Positions 10,189 through 20,581 are shown, counted from the first letter of the stretch. The stretch is DNA of 64,000 nucleotides from an uncultured Chloroflexia bacterium (GCA_963713975.1 OY970218.1:2432001-2496000), one strand, 5' to 3'. Program-made: numbers and translations. Notes: generated by a model from the sequence alone, not told the origin.

Positions 10189-12309
10189 CTACGTGCCCAG
10201 CTCCGCCAGCTGCGCAGCCTCGGCCTCGAACTGCTCGTGGTAGAGGCGCGCGTACAGCCCGTTCGCCGCGAGCAGCTCCCGGTGCGTGCCCCGCTCCGCG
10301 ATCCGGCCGCGGTCGAAGACCAGGATCCGGTCGGCCCGCAGGATCGTTGACAGGCGGTGGGCGATCGCGATCGTCGTGCGTCCTTCGGTCAGCCGGGCCA
10401 GTGCCGCCTGGATCAGCCGCTCGCTCACGGTGTCCAGCGAGGATGTCGCCTCGTCGAGGATGAGGATCCGAGGGTCCTTGAGCAGCACCCGAGCGATGGC
10501 GATCCGCTGTTTCTCGCCGCCCGAGAGCTTGTAGCCGCGCTCGCCCACCATGGTGTCGTAGCCGTCGGGGAGCTCCGCGATCCGGTCGTGCATCGCCGCC
10601 GCGCGGGCCGCCGCCTCGAGCTCGGCGTCGGTGGCATCCGGCCGGGCGTAGAGGAGGTTCTCGCGGATGGACGCGTGGAACAGGTACGTCTCCTGGGTCA
10701 CGAACCCCACCAGCCGCCCGAGCGAGGCGAGGCGGATGGAGCGCACGTCCACGCCGTCGATGGTGACCCGGCCATCCTCGACGTCGTACAGGCGTGGGAT
10801 CAGGTAGGTGGTCGTGGTCTTGCCCGCGCCAGACGGCCCGACGATCGCGACCAGCTCGCCGGGGCTGGCCTCGAAGGACACGTCCGTCAGCCCGAACGGA
10901 GCGCGCACCGCCGATGCGCCCGACGTGGTGGCGCTGGACTCGTCGACGTCCCCGTCGCCCAGGTCGTCCAGCTCGGTCTCGTCGTCGCCGTCCCCGACGC
11001 CCAGTGCCGCCGCCGCGACGCCCGCCGCGGCAGGCCCCCCGTCATCGCTCCCGAACACCCGCTCCGCCGGCAGCCCGCCGGCCCCCTCGCCATCGATCTC
11101 GTCCGCACCAGCCTCGGCCTCGGCAGCCGCCGCCAGCGCCGCCGCGGTCGCGGGTTCGGCGGGATAGTGGAACGAGACCCCCTCGAAGGCCACGGCCCCG
11201 CGAACGTCGGCCGGCTCCATGTCGATGGCCTCCGCTGAGTCGGTGATCTCCGGGTCCAGGTCCAGGTACTCGAAGATCCGGTCGAACAGCGCGAGCGAGC
11301 CCTGGATCTCGACCTGGACGTTGAGCAGCTGCCCCATCGGGAAGAACAGTCGGCTCTGGAGCGTGGTGAACGCGACGATGTCGCCCGCGGTCGGGGCGTC
11401 GGGGTTGCCACCGGCCGCCATCGTGCCCGCGAGCCAGTACACGAACGCGGGCATGATCGAGAAGACGGTCCCGATGATCATGAAGAACCAGCGACCGACC
11501 ATCGCCTGGCGGATCTGGAGGCGGGCCAGCTCCCGGTTGAGGCCCCTGAACTTCGTGACCGAGCGGTCCTGGGCGCCGAACGTCTTGCCCAGCAGGATCC
11601 CCGAGACCGACAGCGTCTCCTCGGTCACTGCGCTCATCTCGGCCAGCCGCTTCTGCGTCTCGCCACTGACCTCCCGACGCACCTTGCCCACGCGGTAGGT
11701 GAGATAGAGGAAGAACGGCAGCATCCCCAACGAGAGCAACGTCAGCGCCGGGTCGAGGAGGGCCATCGCGACCATCGTGGAGATGGCGACGGCCAGGTTG
11801 GAGGTGATCGAGGCGGCGGTGTCGGTGACGACCGCCTGCACGCCCCCAACGTCGTTGGCGAGGCGCGACTGGATCTCGCCCGTCCGGGTCGCGGTGAAGA
11901 ACCGCAGCGGCATCCGCTGGAGGTGGGCGTAGAGCGCGTTGCGCAGGTCCTGCATCACGCTCTGGCCGATCATGTTGTTGAGGTAGCTCTGGCCGACGCC
12001 GATCAGCCCGGACACGATCGGCACCACGATCATCAGTGCGACATAGACGTTGAGCTTGTCGTAGTCGCCCCCGACGATGACATCGTCGATGAGCAGCTTG
12101 AGCAGGTAGGGGTTGATCAGCCCAAGCAGGCTCGTGACGATGATCGCCACGAGCACCACGACGACCTGGAACCGGTAGGGCCCGAAGAAGGCCACGATCC
12201 GGCGCACGGTCCGCCCCCGGCGTTCCCGGGGCACCCGGAGGAAGTCGGACGACGGCGGCGTCAGGCGGCCACCACCACCACCACGTCCGCGCCCGCCGGC
12301 AGCTACCAC
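10189..12309 (-). CDS. ABC exporter, fused TMD-NBD (MsbA/MdlB-like)
   Basis: Multiple TM segments, Walker A GPSGAGKT, signature LSGGEKQR, Walker B ILILDEAT; exact start uncertain. Confidence 0.93.
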   Translation of the reverse strand: MVAAGGRGRGGGGGRLTPPSSDFLRVPRERRGRTVRRIVAFFGPYRFQVVVVLVAIIVTSLLGLINPYLLKLLIDDVIVGGDYDKLNVYVALMIVVPIVSGLIGVGQSYLNNMIGQSVMQDLRNALYAHLQRMPLRFFTATRTGEIQSRLANDVGGVQAVVTDTAASITSNLAVAISTMVAMALLDPALTLLSLGMLPFFLYLTYRVGKVRREVSGETQKRLAEMSAVTEETLSVSGILLGKTFGAQDRSVTKFRGLNRELARLQIRQAMVGRWFFMIIGTVFSIMPAFVYWLAGTMAAGGNPDAPTAGDIVAFTTLQSRLFFPMGQLLNVQVEIQGSLALFDRIFEYLDLDPEITDSAEAIDMEPADVRGAVAFEGVSFHYPAEPATAAALAAAAEAEAGADEIDGEGAGGLPAERVFGSDDGGPAAAGVAAAALGVGDGDDETELDDLGDGDVDESSATTSGASAVRAPFGLTDVSFEASPGELVAIVGPSGAGKTTTTYLIPRLYDVEDGRVTIDGVDVRSIRLASLGRLVGFVTQETYLFHASIRENLLYARPDATDAELEAAARAAAMHDRIAELPDGYDTMVGERGYKLSGGEKQRIAIARVLLKDPRILILDEATSSLDTVSERLIQAALARLTEGRTTIAIAHRLSTILRADRILVFDRGRIAERGTHRELLAANGLYARLYHEQFEAEAAQLAELGT

Positions 12310-13409
12310 GCGGTGGCGGTCTGCCGTTCCGCGATGCCCTCGGTCTCCAGCCAGCGCTCGGCGTCGATGGCGGCGCTCGCGCCGTCGCCGGCGGCCGTCA
12401 CGGCCTGACGGTACCGATGATCCTGCACGTCACCCGCGATGAACACGCCCGGTACCTTGCTGTAGGTGTGCTCGTGCGCGACGAGGTAGCCCTTCTCGTC
12501 CGTGTCGAGCCAGTCGCTGAACACGTCCGTGTTGGGCTTGTGGCCGATGGCGATGAACAGGCCCTCCATGGGGACGTCCCGCTCGCTGCCGTCGCGCGTG
12601 TCCCGGAGGCGCAGTCCCTCGACCTTCGCCTCGCCCAGGACCTCGGCGATCGTGGTGTTGGTGTGGACCTCGATCTTGGGGTTGCCGTAGATGCGGTCGA
12701 TCATGATTTTCGACGCCCGGAACCCGTCCCGGCGATGGAGCAGGTGCACCTTCGACGCGAACCGGGTGAGGTAGTTGGCCTCCTCCATCGCCGAGTCTCC
12801 GCCGCCCACGACGGCGATCTCGCGCTCCCGGAAGAAGAACCCGTCGCAGGTCGCGCAGGCGGACACGCCCTTGCCGCGGAGCCGCTGCTCGCTCTCGATG
12901 TTGAGCCACAGGGCGGAGGCGCCGGTGGCGATGATCAGGGTCTCCCCGGTGTACTCGACGCCGCGCGCCCAGACGCTGAATGGGCGGACGGAGAGGTCCA
13001 CGCGGTCGATTTCCACGTCCACGAAGTGGGTCCCGAATCGGGCCGCCTGGGCCCGGAAGCGGCCCATGAGCTCGGGGCCGTCGATGCCCTCGGGAAAGCC
13101 CGGATAGTTCTCGATCTCGCTGGTCAGCATCAGCTGGCCCCCCGGCGCCGAGCCGGCGAGGACGATGGGCTCGAGATTGGCGCGCGCCGCGTAGATGGCT
13201 GCCGTGAGCCCCGCGGGTCCGGACCCGATGATCAGGACCTTCGCGGCCGTGCGGCCCTCGCCGTCCGCGGATGTGGGCGGCGTCCCGGGGACCGCGGCGG
13301 CCTCACCGCCGCCGGCGGTGGGGCTTGCGTCCTGCGTGCCCCCGAAGTTGATGCCGAGTGAGCCGAAGGCGTTGGTGACGGGGCTCTTGTCGTCCGTGGA
13401 GTCGGTCAT
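12303..13409 (-). CDS. trxB: Thioredoxin-disulfide reductase
   Basis: [16 protein letters not shown] redox motif, [14 protein letters not shown]...YRQA. Confidence 0.96.
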   Translation of the reverse strand: MTDSTDDKSPVTNAFGSLGINFGGTQDASPTAGGGEAAAVPGTPPTSADGEGRTAAKVLIIGSGPAGLTAAIYAARANLEPIVLAGSAPGGQLMLTSEIENYPGFPEGIDGPELMGRFRAQAARFGTHFVDVEIDRVDLSVRPFSVWARGVEYTGETLIIATGASALWLNIESEQRLRGKGVSACATCDGFFFREREIAVVGGGDSAMEEANYLTRFASKVHLLHRRDGFRASKIMIDRIYGNPKIEVHTNTTIAEVLGEAKVEGLRLRDTRDGSERDVPMEGLFIAIGHKPNTDVFSDWLDTDEKGYLVAHEHTYSKVPGVFIAGDVQDHRYRQAVTAAGDGASAAIDAERWLETEGIAERQTATAW

Positions 13410-13451
13410 CGTGGGATTGTCGTACCTGCTTGTCGTGGTTGTCCTGCCGTC

Positions 13452-13487
13452 ACTGTAGCACGCGGCCCGCATACCCCTGGGGAGTAT
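13452..13487 (-). promoter_or_regulatory. trxB extended -10 promoter with CsoR/RcnR-family-type operator
   Basis: Minus strand TGcTACAGT extended -10; ATACCCCTGGGGAGTAT (13471-13487) has the ATAC-C/G tract-GTAT form of CsoR-family operators. Confidence 0.6.
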
Positions 13488-13560
13488 TTGTCCCAGTCGG
13501 CATCACCGGGCGTCCGGACCCGCTCGTCCCAAGGCCGCCGCGCCGCGTACCCTCAGTCCG

Positions 13561-14868
13561 ATGACCACCGAATCCGCCGTCCTCTCGCCCGAGACGTCCC
13601 CGGGTCCGCCCGGGGTCGAGGAGACGCCGGTCCACCTCGTGCCCGCCGCCGAGCTGGCACCTGCGCCCGTCTCCCTGCGCCGCAACCGGGACTTCCTCGT
13701 CGTGCTGCTTGGCCAGGGCGTCAGCTCCTTCGGCGACGCGATCACCAACACGGCCATGCCCATCCTCGTCCTCGCCCTGACCGGATCCGGGTTCGTGATG
13801 GGGATCGTGGGCGTGCTGTCCACGCTGCCCGACCTGCTCGTGGGCCTGCCGGCCGGTGCCTATGCAGATCGATGGGACCGGCGCAGGATGATGCTGGGCG
13901 CGGACCTGGGCCGGGCGGTGCTCACGGCCCTGGTGCCGCTGTCGGTATGGCTCGGCGGGCCGACGATGTGGATCGTCATCGGCGTCGCCTTCCCGCTCAA
14001 CGTGCTCCGGGTGCTGTGGCTCGCCGCATTCACGGCCGCAGTTCCCGGCCTGGTCGGGCGGGACCAGGTGCCCAGGGCCAACGGGGTGATCGAGGCCGCG
14101 TTCACCGTCGGCTGGATCGTGGGACCGGCCCTGGCGGGCCTCCTCGCCGTTGCGATCGGGCCGGGGCCGACCATCGCCCTCGACGCCATCACGTTCGCGA
14201 TCTCCGCGGCCTCGCTGCTCCTGGTCCGCCGCTCGCTCAAGCCGGAACGCCGCACGGTGCAGACCCACATCGTGGCCGATGTCCGGGAGGGCGTCGGGTT
14301 CGTGGTGCGCCAGCCGACACTGCGAGCCGTGATCGCGTTCTGGGCCACGACGTCGGTCATCATGGCGGGCCTGACCACGGGCCTGATCTACTACATCTCC
14401 GTCAACCGGGGCCTCGGAACCGAGGTGGTGGGCTTCGTGCTCTCCGCCTTTGCCGTCGGCTCGCTGGGTGGCTCCATCCTCGCCGCCCGCCTGGCGCCCA
14501 AGCCGGTGGGGCTCGTGATGCTGACCGGTGCGGTCGGCATGGGGGTCACCTTGGTCATGACCGTGGGGTCGCCGGTCCCGGTCATGGTCGTGGCCGCGCT
14601 GCTGGCTGGGATCCTGAACGCCAACGTCCTGGTCGCCTATATCTCCCTGCGGACGATGCTGTCGCCGGATGCGCTGCTGGGCCGCGTCGGGGCGACAGCC
14701 CGGACGCTCTCGGTGGGCCTGATGCCCATCGGCTCGCTCGTTGCAGGGGTGGCGCTGGATGTCGTCGGCGGCGGACCAACGCTCCTCGCCATGGGCGCCC
14801 TGCTGATCACCGCCGGCGTCGGCTTCGCCCTGCTGCCCGACGTGCGCCGGGCGCGGCTCACGGGCTAG
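13561..14868 (+). CDS. MFS transporter (H+ antiporter-like, MFS_3 type)
   Basis: LRRNRDF...GQGVSSFGD N-terminus, GAYADRWDRRR motif A, about 12 hydrophobic segments. Confidence 0.9.
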   Translation: MTTESAVLSPETSPGPPGVEETPVHLVPAAELAPAPVSLRRNRDFLVVLLGQGVSSFGDAITNTAMPILVLALTGSGFVMGIVGVLSTLPDLLVGLPAGAYADRWDRRRMMLGADLGRAVLTALVPLSVWLGGPTMWIVIGVAFPLNVLRVLWLAAFTAAVPGLVGRDQVPRANGVIEAAFTVGWIVGPALAGLLAVAIGPGPTIALDAITFAISAASLLLVRRSLKPERRTVQTHIVADVREGVGFVVRQPTLRAVIAFWATTSVIMAGLTTGLIYYISVNRGLGTEVVGFVLSAFAVGSLGGSILAARLAPKPVGLVMLTGAVGMGVTLVMTVGSPVPVMVVAALLAGILNANVLVAYISLRTMLSPDALLGRVGATARTLSVGLMPIGSLVAGVALDVVGGGPTLLAMGALLITAGVGFALLPDVRRARLTG

Positions 14869-14871
14869 GCG

Positions 14872-15765
14872 CTAGAGGGTCCGGAGCGCCGGGAGCACGT
14901 CCCGGGCAAGGATCTCCATCACGCGCGGGTCCCAGACATCGCGTGCGCCGAAGATCACGTGCTGGGCGCCCGCATCGGACAGCTCGCCGAACCGGTCCAC
15001 GACCTGCTGCGGGCTCTCGCCCTCGCCTCCACCCACGGCCAGCTTCACGGACTGGAGCGTGGATCGTTCGATCTCGTCCGGGTCGCGCCCGATCACCGCG
15101 CAGTGCTCGCGGATGACCTCGTACTTGTGGTGGATCGTCTCCGGGCCGCCGAACACGTTGGTCGCGTCCGCGTACTGGGCGACGAGGCGCAAGGTCTTCT
15201 TCTCGCCGCCGCCGCCGATCATGATCGGCGGGTGGGGGCGGGAGATCGACTGCGGCGAGTTGAGGAGTCGCTCGGCCTGGTAGTGACGGCCCGTGAACGC
15301 GGCCTCGGAGCCCCGCTCGCCCTCCCACATCCCGTGGGTGATCTGGAGCATCTCCTCGAGCATCTCGAACCGCTCGCCTAGCGGTGGGAACGGGAACCCT
15401 AGCCCGCGGGACTCCTGCTCGTTCCAGGCGGCACCGATCCCCAGCCAGGCCCGACCCCCGGAGAGCACGTCGAGCGTCGTCGCGGCCTTGACCCACAGGC
15501 CGGGCAGGCGGTAGTGGACGCCGCCGACCATCAGCCCCAGGCGGGCCCGGCTGGTGTGTGCCGCCATGAAGCCGAGGGCGGTCCAGCCCTCCAGCATGGG
15601 CTCCTCGGGGCGACCCACGCCGCGGATCTGGAAGAAGTGGTCCATCACCCAGATGGAGTCGAAGCCGGCATCGTCGGCATCACGGCAGATGCGACCGAGC
15701 GTGGGGCCGATCGCGGCCGGGCCGTCCGGCCAGGTGAACGAGGAGATCTGCAATCCGGTCTTCAT
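14872..15765 (-). CDS. LLM-class F420-dependent oxidoreductase
   Basis: GFDSIWVMDHF, TTLDVLSGGRAWLGIGAAW and PPIMIGGGGEKKTL motifs; lies inside the cof cluster. Confidence 0.9.
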   Translation of the reverse strand: MKTGLQISSFTWPDGPAAIGPTLGRICRDADDAGFDSIWVMDHFFQIRGVGRPEEPMLEGWTALGFMAAHTSRARLGLMVGGVHYRLPGLWVKAATTLDVLSGGRAWLGIGAAWNEQESRGLGFPFPPLGERFEMLEEMLQITHGMWEGERGSEAAFTGRHYQAERLLNSPQSISRPHPPIMIGGGGEKKTLRLVAQYADATNVFGGPETIHHKYEVIREHCAVIGRDPDEIERSTLQSVKLAVGGGEGESPQQVVDRFGELSDAGAQHVIFGARDVWDPRVMEILARDVLPALRTL

Positions 15766-15789
15766 GGCCGCAGCGTAACGTGCCGGCCC

Positions 15790-16191
15790 TCAGGGCGCGG
15801 GAAGCACCTCGAAGCCCTCGACGGCGAAGTCCTGGTCGAACGTGAACGCGCGTCGGACCCCGTGCCGGCGCATGACCAGGAAGCTCACCCAGTCCACGAG
15901 CGACACCGTGCGACGCCCGGCGGCAAGGAGCGCCTCCCGGGCCTCCGCGTGGAGGACCTCGTCAACCCAGGCGACCTCGACCAGCGGCAGGAGGTCGTCG
16001 ATGAACCGCCGAACGGACATGAGCCCCAAGCGGCGCTGGATCAGCGCGGTTGTCTCCACGACGACGTACTCGTGTGTCAGCAGCGCCTCTCCGGCGCCAC
16101 TGAGTTGCGGAAGGACGCCGGCGGCCCGTCCATGGTTGGGGTCGGTGTCGTCCACGAGCGCGTAGAAGGCGGCCGTGTCAACGAAGGTCAC
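15790..16191 (-). CDS. vapC: PIN-domain toxin (VapC family)
   Basis: FVDTAAFYAL, VVVET, SLVD and FTFDQDF acidic PIN residues; 133 aa; GTGA overlap with the upstream antitoxin. Confidence 0.88.
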   Translation of the reverse strand: MTFVDTAAFYALVDDTDPNHGRAAGVLPQLSGAGEALLTHEYVVVETTALIQRRLGLMSVRRFIDDLLPLVEVAWVDEVLHAEAREALLAAGRRTVSLVDWVSFLVMRRHGVRRAFTFDQDFAVEGFEVLPAP

Positions 16192-16439
16192 GACCCGTAG
16201 ATCTCGTCGAGGTAGTCGTCGTGGTTCGCCGCCACGTCCGATCCATCGCCGTGACCGCACCCGACGGCCGACATGGCCCGCGCCCACAGCTCCTCGCGCG
16301 TGGGGGGCGCGAGCGTGGTGGCATAGACCTGGTCCACGGCATCCCGGATCAGGTGCGCCATCGAGACGCCCCGTTCTCGGGCAAGCCGGCGCAGCAGGTC
16401 GGCCTGATCGGGCTCGAGGGAGATCTGGGTCCGTTCCAT
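16188..16439 (-). CDS. vapB: Ribbon-helix-helix (CopG) antitoxin
   Basis: MERTQISL...LRRLARERGVSMAHLIRDAVD RHH pattern with a DVAANHDDYL tail; 83 aa; translationally coupled to the PIN gene. Confidence 0.85.
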   Translation of the reverse strand: MERTQISLEPDQADLLRRLARERGVSMAHLIRDAVDQVYATTLAPPTREELWARAMSAVGCGHGDGSDVAANHDDYLDEIYGS

Positions 16440-16480
16440 GCAGGGATGATACCACTCTGCCGATGTGATGTAGGAAGCGC

Positions 16481-17257
16481 CTACCGGAACAGGTCGTTGG
16501 CCGGGGGGATCAGCAGGTCGCCTATCGAGCCCTCGCCGGGCAGCGGGCGTGCGCCACGGACCAGCGCGACCGGCCGGCCCGCGGTCTTGCCCAGGGCCAG
16601 CTCCGCTGCGGAGGCGATCTCGTCCGCGACGGCCCGGACGGTGGACTGCATCACCCGGCCATCCGCATCCGGCGCGCCCCGCAGGTCCTCGAGTGGCTGG
16701 AGCCCGGATACGCCGAGTGCCACGTCCACGATGCCCCAGCGCCATGGCCGGCCGAAGCTGTCCGAGATCACGACCGCGACGTCCGTGCCGAACCGGGTCC
16801 GCAATGCCGCCCGGATCCGCGCGGCGGAGGCGTCGGGATCACGGGGGAGCAGCGTCACGAGGTCGCCCGACCCGGGGCCCACGTTCGAGGCGTCCACGCC
16901 GCCGTTGGCACACACGAACCCGTGGTGCGTCTCCGTGATCAGCACCCCGCGCTCCATGCGTACGATCCTGCGCGCCTCGTCGAGAACCACCTGGATCTGG
17001 CGTGGGTCACGGTCCCAAGCCCGGCCCCATTCCACGGCCTGCGTGCCGGGCGTGATCGTCCGCAGGTCCACCACGGCACCCTCGGCCTTGGACACGACCT
17101 TCTGGGTGACGACCAGGACGTCGTCGGGCCGGAGCGGCAGCACGCCGGACGTGGCTCCCAGCGCATCGCCGATGAGCGTTCCCAGATCGTCACCCGCACG
17201 CACCTCCGGCAGGCCGGCCAGGGCGACGATCTCGACGCGACCTTCCTCAGCGGGCAC
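16481..17257 (-). CDS. cofE: Coenzyme F420-0:L-glutamate ligase (single-domain)
   Basis: LPEVRAGDDL, TQKVVSKAEG, ANGGVDASN and DSFGRPWR motifs. Confidence 0.93.
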   Translation of the reverse strand: MPAEEGRVEIVALAGLPEVRAGDDLGTLIGDALGATSGVLPLRPDDVLVVTQKVVSKAEGAVVDLRTITPGTQAVEWGRAWDRDPRQIQVVLDEARRIVRMERGVLITETHHGFVCANGGVDASNVGPGSGDLVTLLPRDPDASAARIRAALRTRFGTDVAVVISDSFGRPWRWGIVDVALGVSGLQPLEDLRGAPDADGRVMQSTVRAVADEIASAAELALGKTAGRPVALVRGARPLPGEGSIGDLLIPPANDLFR

Positions 17258-17891
17258 GGGCGTCCTCCTGGAGCCATGGCTCGGCGAGCAGGAGGTCCTC
17301 GGGCGTGTCCACGTCCAGGTCCAGGATCCCGCCCAGCTCGAGGAACGGGACATCCGCCGACTCGGCCAGCCACGCGTGACCCGTCCGGCTGTCGCCCCCG
17401 AACGCCGGGTCGATGACCTCCGGCGGGTCCAGCAGCAGGACATTCGTCCCGCGCCTGTGCCGGTCTGGGACCAGGACGACGCTGGGGGATCCCGCCTGAT
17501 CGCCGGCGGCGAGGACCGCGATCAGGTCAGCCGGCGTGATCGCCGGGAGGTCGCCGGGGAGGATCAGCAGGCGGTCCGCGTCGCCGGCGGCATTGCGAGC
17601 CTCCTGGAGCGCGGGGTTCAGGCCGCGAGATCGCTGGAGCAGGGGAGTGGCCCCGGCCGCCTCGGCCACGTCGAGGGCCTCCGGGTCCGGCGACACCACG
17701 ATGACCTCCGACACGCCCGGCGTGATGAGCGCGGCGGCCACCGCCCGTCGCAGCAGGCTCTCGACCAGGTCCCGGCGCTCCTCGGCATCGAGCACGGCGC
17801 CCAGGCGGGACTTCGCGCCCTCGAAGGCACGGATGGGGATGGCGACGATCGTCACGCGCTCGTGATGCACGACCGGATCGGGAAGGTCCAC
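17247..17891 (-). CDS. cofC: 2-phospho-L-lactate/PEP guanylyltransferase
   Basis: AIPIRAFEGAKSRL, GLNPAL, PGDLP, GTN and DLDVDTPEDL motifs. Confidence 0.92.
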   Translation of the reverse strand: MDLPDPVVHHERVTIVAIPIRAFEGAKSRLGAVLDAEERRDLVESLLRRAVAAALITPGVSEVIVVSPDPEALDVAEAAGATPLLQRSRGLNPALQEARNAAGDADRLLILPGDLPAITPADLIAVLAAGDQAGSPSVVLVPDRHRRGTNVLLLDPPEVIDPAFGGDSRTGHAWLAESADVPFLELGGILDLDVDTPEDLLLAEPWLQEDARAR

Positions 17892-17901
17892 GCAGGTGAT
17901 G

Positions 17902-18516
17902 CTAGCGCGCGGCGGGGTGCAGCCCGGACATTGCCACCACGCTGCGCACGATCCGATCGCGGACACCTTCGCGGTCCAGAGCGTCTCCCTGTTCGGCGAC
18001 CGCGACCAGCGCCCCGTCGAGCAGCATCGTCGTTGCGGCTGCGATCTCGTCCACGTCCACGTCTGCCGCCAGCTCGCCGCGCGCGATCGCGTCTCGCACG
18101 AAGCCGGCGCCGAAGCTCCTGAGGTCGTCGCCGCGCCGCCGCAGCGCTTCGCGGATCCGCTCGTCGGCCGGCGCTGCGGCCATGGCCTGGAGGACGAGGG
18201 GCGCGCCGATCGCGTGGAGCATGGCATCGAAGTAGCTGCCGATGGCGACGGTCAGGCGCTCGACGGGGTCGTCGATGGGGGCGAGGTGCGTCGCCAGCTC
18301 GGCCAGCTCGTCGGGCGTCCCCGAGATGCACAGCTCGAGGAACAGCTCCTCCTTGCTGGGGAAGTAGCGGTAGATCAGGCCGACCGAGACGCCCGCCTCG
18401 GTGGCGATGGAGGGGACGCTCGTGCCACGGAACCCGCCGCTGATGAATGCGCGTCGCCCGCCTTCGAGGATCTGCTCGCGCATGGCCTCCGCGTGGGCCG
18501 CCGGGCGCCTGGGCAT
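17902..18516 (-). CDS. TetR/AcrR-family transcriptional regulator
   Basis: GFRGTSVPSIATEAGVSVGLIYRYFPSKEELF HTH. Confidence 0.93.
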   Translation of the reverse strand: MPRRPAAHAEAMREQILEGGRRAFISGGFRGTSVPSIATEAGVSVGLIYRYFPSKEELFLELCISGTPDELAELATHLAPIDDPVERLTVAIGSYFDAMLHAIGAPLVLQAMAAAPADERIREALRRRGDDLRSFGAGFVRDAIARGELAADVDVDEIAAATTMLLDGALVAVAEQGDALDREGVRDRIVRSVVAMSGLHPAAR

Positions 18517-18533
18517 CGCGTCTCCGATCGTGC

Positions 18534-18603
18534 TGAATGAGTGTTCATTTTAGGTCTTGACAGCCGCGCCTGTCCCGGATCATAGTGAATGAACAGTCAT
18601 TCA
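18534..18603. promoter_or_regulatory. Divergent promoter region with two TetR-type palindromic operators
   Basis: TGAATGAGTGTTCATTT (18534-18550) and TGAATGAACAGTCATTCA (18586-18603) flank TTGACA(18557)-N18-CATAGT. Confidence 0.75.
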
Positions 18604-18632
18604 TCAATAGCGAACATGACGGAGGGTCAGAG

Positions 18633-19604
18633 ATGGAACGAGCGGAGGGGCTCCAGGTGGTGCTCGGCGCGTCGGGTGGGACCGGCCGCGCGATCGTCGA
18701 CGAGCTTGTCCGGCAGGGCCGCCGGGTGCGAGCGGTGTCCCGGGGGCCGATCGCCGGCCTGCCTGCAGGGGTGGAGCACGTCAGGGCCGACCTGTACGAC
18801 CCGGCCGACGCGGCCCGGGCCGTCGCCGGTGGAGCCGTCGTGTACCACACCGCCCAGCCGGCCTACGCGGAGTGGGACGGCAACTTCGAACGGCTGAACG
18901 GCTCGATCACGGGCGCCACCGCCCGTGAGGGAGGGAGGCTCCTCTTCGCAGACAACCTGTACATGTATGGCCCCGGTGGCTCGCCCATGACCGAGACGAC
19001 GCCGCAGCGGGCGACCGACCGCAAGGGAACGCTCCGAGCCCGCCTCGCGGCCGACCTGCTTGCACGGCACGAGCGCGGCGAGCTCGATGTCGTCATCGCC
19101 CGTTCCAGCGACTACTTCGGTCCCCACGGAGTCAACACCGGACCGGGCGAGCGGGTCTTCGGCGCCGCGCTCCAGGGCAAGGCGGCGAGCGTGGTCGGCA
19201 GGCTCGATGTCCCGCACTCCATGAGCTATCTCCCGGACATGGCCCGCGCGATGGTCATCCTGGGTGACCGTGACGAGGCAGCCGGTCGTGTCTGGCACCT
19301 TCCCGTCATGGACCCGCTGACGGTTCGCCAGTTCCTCGACCGCGTGTACGCGGCGGCCGGGACACCCGTGCGGACCCAGGTCGCAGGCCCCATGACGCTG
19401 CGTCTTCTCGGGCTGTTCGTGCCGCCCCTGCGCGAGATCGCAGTCGTCCTCTACCAGTGGCAGGAGCCGTGGATCAGCGACTGGTCCGCGTTCGAGGTGG
19501 CGTTCGGGCCCTTCGAACGGACGTCACTCGACGAGGCCATCGGTGCGACGCTCGGCTGGTGGCGTGGCGAGATGGCCGCAAGGGCAGCCGCGAAGGCAGC
19601 CTGA
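18633..19604 (+). CDS. NAD-dependent epimerase/dehydratase family (atypical SDR)
   Basis: VLGASGGTG Rossmann motif, DNLYMYG, DYFGP; GGAGG SD. Confidence 0.88.
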   Translation: MERAEGLQVVLGASGGTGRAIVDELVRQGRRVRAVSRGPIAGLPAGVEHVRADLYDPADAARAVAGGAVVYHTAQPAYAEWDGNFERLNGSITGATAREGGRLLFADNLYMYGPGGSPMTETTPQRATDRKGTLRARLAADLLARHERGELDVVIARSSDYFGPHGVNTGPGERVFGAALQGKAASVVGRLDVPHSMSYLPDMARAMVILGDRDEAAGRVWHLPVMDPLTVRQFLDRVYAAAGTPVRTQVAGPMTLRLLGLFVPPLREIAVVLYQWQEPWISDWSAFEVAFGPFERTSLDEAIGATLGWWRGEMAARAAAKAA

Positions 19605-19635
19605 CCGGTCAGGCGGGCACCCCTCCGGGCCATGG

Positions 19636-20574
19636 TCAGACCCGGACGGCCGCCAGCACCTCTGCCGCGAGGCGGACCCGGGATTCATCGTCACGCATGA
19701 TCGTGTCCGTGACGACCGGGCGCAGGCCCAGTGCCTGGATGGCCGGCGCCAGCCCCGCATCCACCGCGTCGAGCACGAACACGTCCACGAGGTCCGCGTA
19801 CAGCCCAGCCACGCCAGTGGCAGAGGACTCGAGTCCGAGCGAAGAAAGCATCCGGTCCGCGGGCCCCTTGAGCGCCCTGCCGCCGATGATCGGGCTCACG
19901 GCCACCACCGCGACGCCCCGTGCACGCGTCGCGGCGATGGCCTCCCGCATCCCCGGCACCCCGAGGATCGGACTGACGGACACGAGCGGGTTGGACGGGG
20001 CGATGACGATGACCTGCGCGGCTTCGAAGGCTCCGAGCACCTCGGGCGTCGCTGCCGCGCTCTCGAGACCCGCGAACCGGAGCTCCAGCACGTCTGGCGC
20101 CTGGCGCTGGTGGACGAAGTACTCCTGGAACTCCAGCCATCTCTCGGCCGTGCGGACCTCGGTCGCCACGGGCGCGTCGGTCATCGGCAGGATGCGCGCC
20201 GCGATGCCCAGCGACCGCTGGAGCGCGAGACAGACCTCGGTCAGGCGGCCGCCGGCCCGCACCCGCGCCGTCCGGGCCACGTGCAGGGCCATGTCCCGGT
20301 CGCCGAGGGCGAACCAGGTCTCCTCGCCATAGGCGCCCAGCTGGTCCATGACCACGTGGGTGTCGCCCTCGATGCCCCAGCCCCACTCCGCCTGCTCGAT
20401 CCCGGCGAGGTTGTACAGGACGGTGTCGTGGTCCGGCATCACGAGCAGGCCGTGACGCCGGCAGTCGTCGCCCGTGTTGACGACCACCGTGAGGCCGCCG
20501 CCGACCGCCGCCTGCAGCCCGTCCGCGAGCTTGGCGCCGCCCACCCCGCCCGCGAGCGCGACGACCTCGGTCAC
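19636..20574 (-). CDS. cofD: 2-phospho-L-lactate/PEP transferase
   Basis: LAGGVGGAK, VNTGDD, PDHDT, FALGDRD, FQEYFV and APSNPLVS motifs. Confidence 0.95.
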   Translation of the reverse strand: MTEVVALAGGVGGAKLADGLQAAVGGGLTVVVNTGDDCRRHGLLVMPDHDTVLYNLAGIEQAEWGWGIEGDTHVVMDQLGAYGEETWFALGDRDMALHVARTARVRAGGRLTEVCLALQRSLGIAARILPMTDAPVATEVRTAERWLEFQEYFVHQRQAPDVLELRFAGLESAAATPEVLGAFEAAQVIVIAPSNPLVSVSPILGVPGMREAIAATRARGVAVVAVSPIIGGRALKGPADRMLSSLGLESSATGVAGLYADLVDVFVLDAVDAGLAPAIQALGLRPVVTDTIMRDDESRVRLAAEVLAAVRV

Positions 20575-20581
20575 TGGGCCA

